Origin: Eledone cirrhosa
Taxonomy: Eukaryota
Length of the DNA: 64,000 nucleotides
Direction: 5' to 3'
Assembly (NCBI GenBank): GCA_964016885.1
Contig: OZ024746.1
Span: forward strand, 46,624,001 to 46,688,000
The position numbers and the translations under genes were made by a program. Under the pieces are notes generated by a model. It saw nothing but the letters and a program-made list of their open reading frames with translations. It did not search any database and was not told the DNA's origin. Positions 61,045 through 64,000 of the stretch are shown here, one piece after another (the first letter of the stretch is position 1; each line of letters starts with the position of its first letter).

Positions 61045-61440
61045 GTTTTCGAGTATGGCCACTACTTTATATCCATGTAGGAGAACGCCTACCGGTGCGC
61101 TGAACGAGTGTGACTTTTTAGTCCAGCCAGCGTATTAAAAACTCTGGTACAAACACTACACTTGTGACAATTATTGACACATAGTGCTGGGCCCATGGAA
61201 CCATGTGAGCACAAGTGCAGAGAGATCTCCAGATATAAAGCAATGCCTGTGCCGTGAAGCTTTTATAGTGAGCAAAGGCACTGCACAAAGCCAGTCCCAC
61301 TCTCTTAACCAAGATGACATTTACCAAAAAGAAGAACAAGTCAACATCATTGGATACCATCAGGGTTGCAGGTGTTATATCAGAGTTTTCCTTCTCCTAG
61401 AATTCTGCCTTGACAAAGGCTAAGGGGTCATCTCTCCCGA
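61045..61440 (-). mobile_element. Partial family C element
   Basis: Near-identical reverse complement of ~1525-1916. Confidence 0.8.
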
Positions 61441-63337
<1,897 letters not shown>

Positions 63338-63437
63338 AATATAGACATAGAATATTCGAAAATATTCTGTATGTTTATAATAAACATTTTGAAGACCTAA
63401 TCGCTATAGAATAGAATACGTCACGTATTACAATTAG

Positions 63438-63526
63438 ATTCTCGATAAAAGCAAGGGAAGTAATCTACGCGTTTCATTCTCGTTAGAAATCATCAGGACT
63501 ACATATCCAGTGCTTTTATCGAGAAT
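63438..63526 (-). ncRNA. Extended type I hammerhead ribozyme (R1 copy 1)
   Basis: Reverse complement: ATTCTCGATAAAAGCA-CTGGATAT-GTAGTC-CTGATGA-TTTCT-AACG-AGAAT-GAAAC-GC-GTA-GATTAC-TTCCCT-TGCTTTTATCGAGAAT. Confidence 0.9.
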
Positions 63527-63747
63527 GACACAGCTAGAGACTTATAGAATACTTAGCTGTGTACAGGAACTGGTTTGAAAGAGCGGTTGCCGGTCCGGCA
63601 GAAATTAGAAATTGGAATAAATGCTCTGAAATAGCGATATATATGTGAATATAGACATAGAATATTCGAAAATATTCTGTATGTTTATAATAAACATTTT
63701 GAAGACCTAATCGCTATAGAATAGAATACGTCACGTATTACAATTAG

Positions 63748-63836
63748 ATTCTCGATAAAAGCAAGGGAAGTAATCTACGCGTTTCATTCTCGTTAGAAGT
63801 CATCAGGACTACATATCCAGTGCTTTTATCGAGAAT
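63748..63836 (-). ncRNA. Extended type I hammerhead ribozyme (R1 copy 2)
   Basis: Same as copy 1 except CTGATGA-CTTCT. Confidence 0.9.
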
Positions 63837-64000
63837 GACACAGCTAGAGACTTATAGAATACTTAGCTGTGTACAGGAACTGGTTTGAAAGAGCGGTTGC
63901 CGGTCCGGCAGAAATTAGAAATTGGAATAAATGCTCTGAAATAGCGATATATATGTGAATATAGACATAGAATATTCGAAAATATTCTGTATGTTTATAA

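Larger units (their letters stand above)
63338..64000 (-). repeat. Retrozyme-like tandem array R1, 310 bp unit with one HHR per unit (runs off the window)
   Basis: ATAGACATAG at 63341, 63651 and 63961. Units are nearly identical. Many internal hairpins. Confidence 0.9.

Noticed and set aside
63338-64000. CRISPR-like array
   Set aside because: Whole 310-bp units repeat with no unique spacers, and the context is eukaryotic.

Overview
This is an extremely AT-rich eukaryotic window. The SINE types and the huge (TA)n arrays suggest an invertebrate such as a cephalopod, which is inference only. Roughly half of the window is (TA)n/(TATAG)/(TACA) microsatellite, so most long 'YIYI' ORFs are artefacts, and no host protein-coding gene could be supported. 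The unique islands inside the TA tracts are retro-derived: one decayed near-complete Penelope-like element (PLE; RT plus GIY-YIG), four 5'-truncated PLE endonuclease/3' ends with inverted pseudo-LTRs, a decayed IR/DR Tc1 transposon, a CR1-group LINE with an intact APE-RT ORF, two tRNA-derived SINE families and other short repeats. The main signal is about 17 type I hammerhead-ribozyme (HHR) motifs read directly from the sequence. Some lie in PLE pseudo-LTRs. Others lie in three non-coding tandem-repeat families (310, about 416-440, and 466 bp units) with one HHR per unit, the architecture of retrozymes that produce small circular RNAs, probably mobilised into (TA)n by PLE proteins. The PLE and the LINE also both carry a T-TTT-TTA heptamer positioned for -1 frameshifting into the RT frame.
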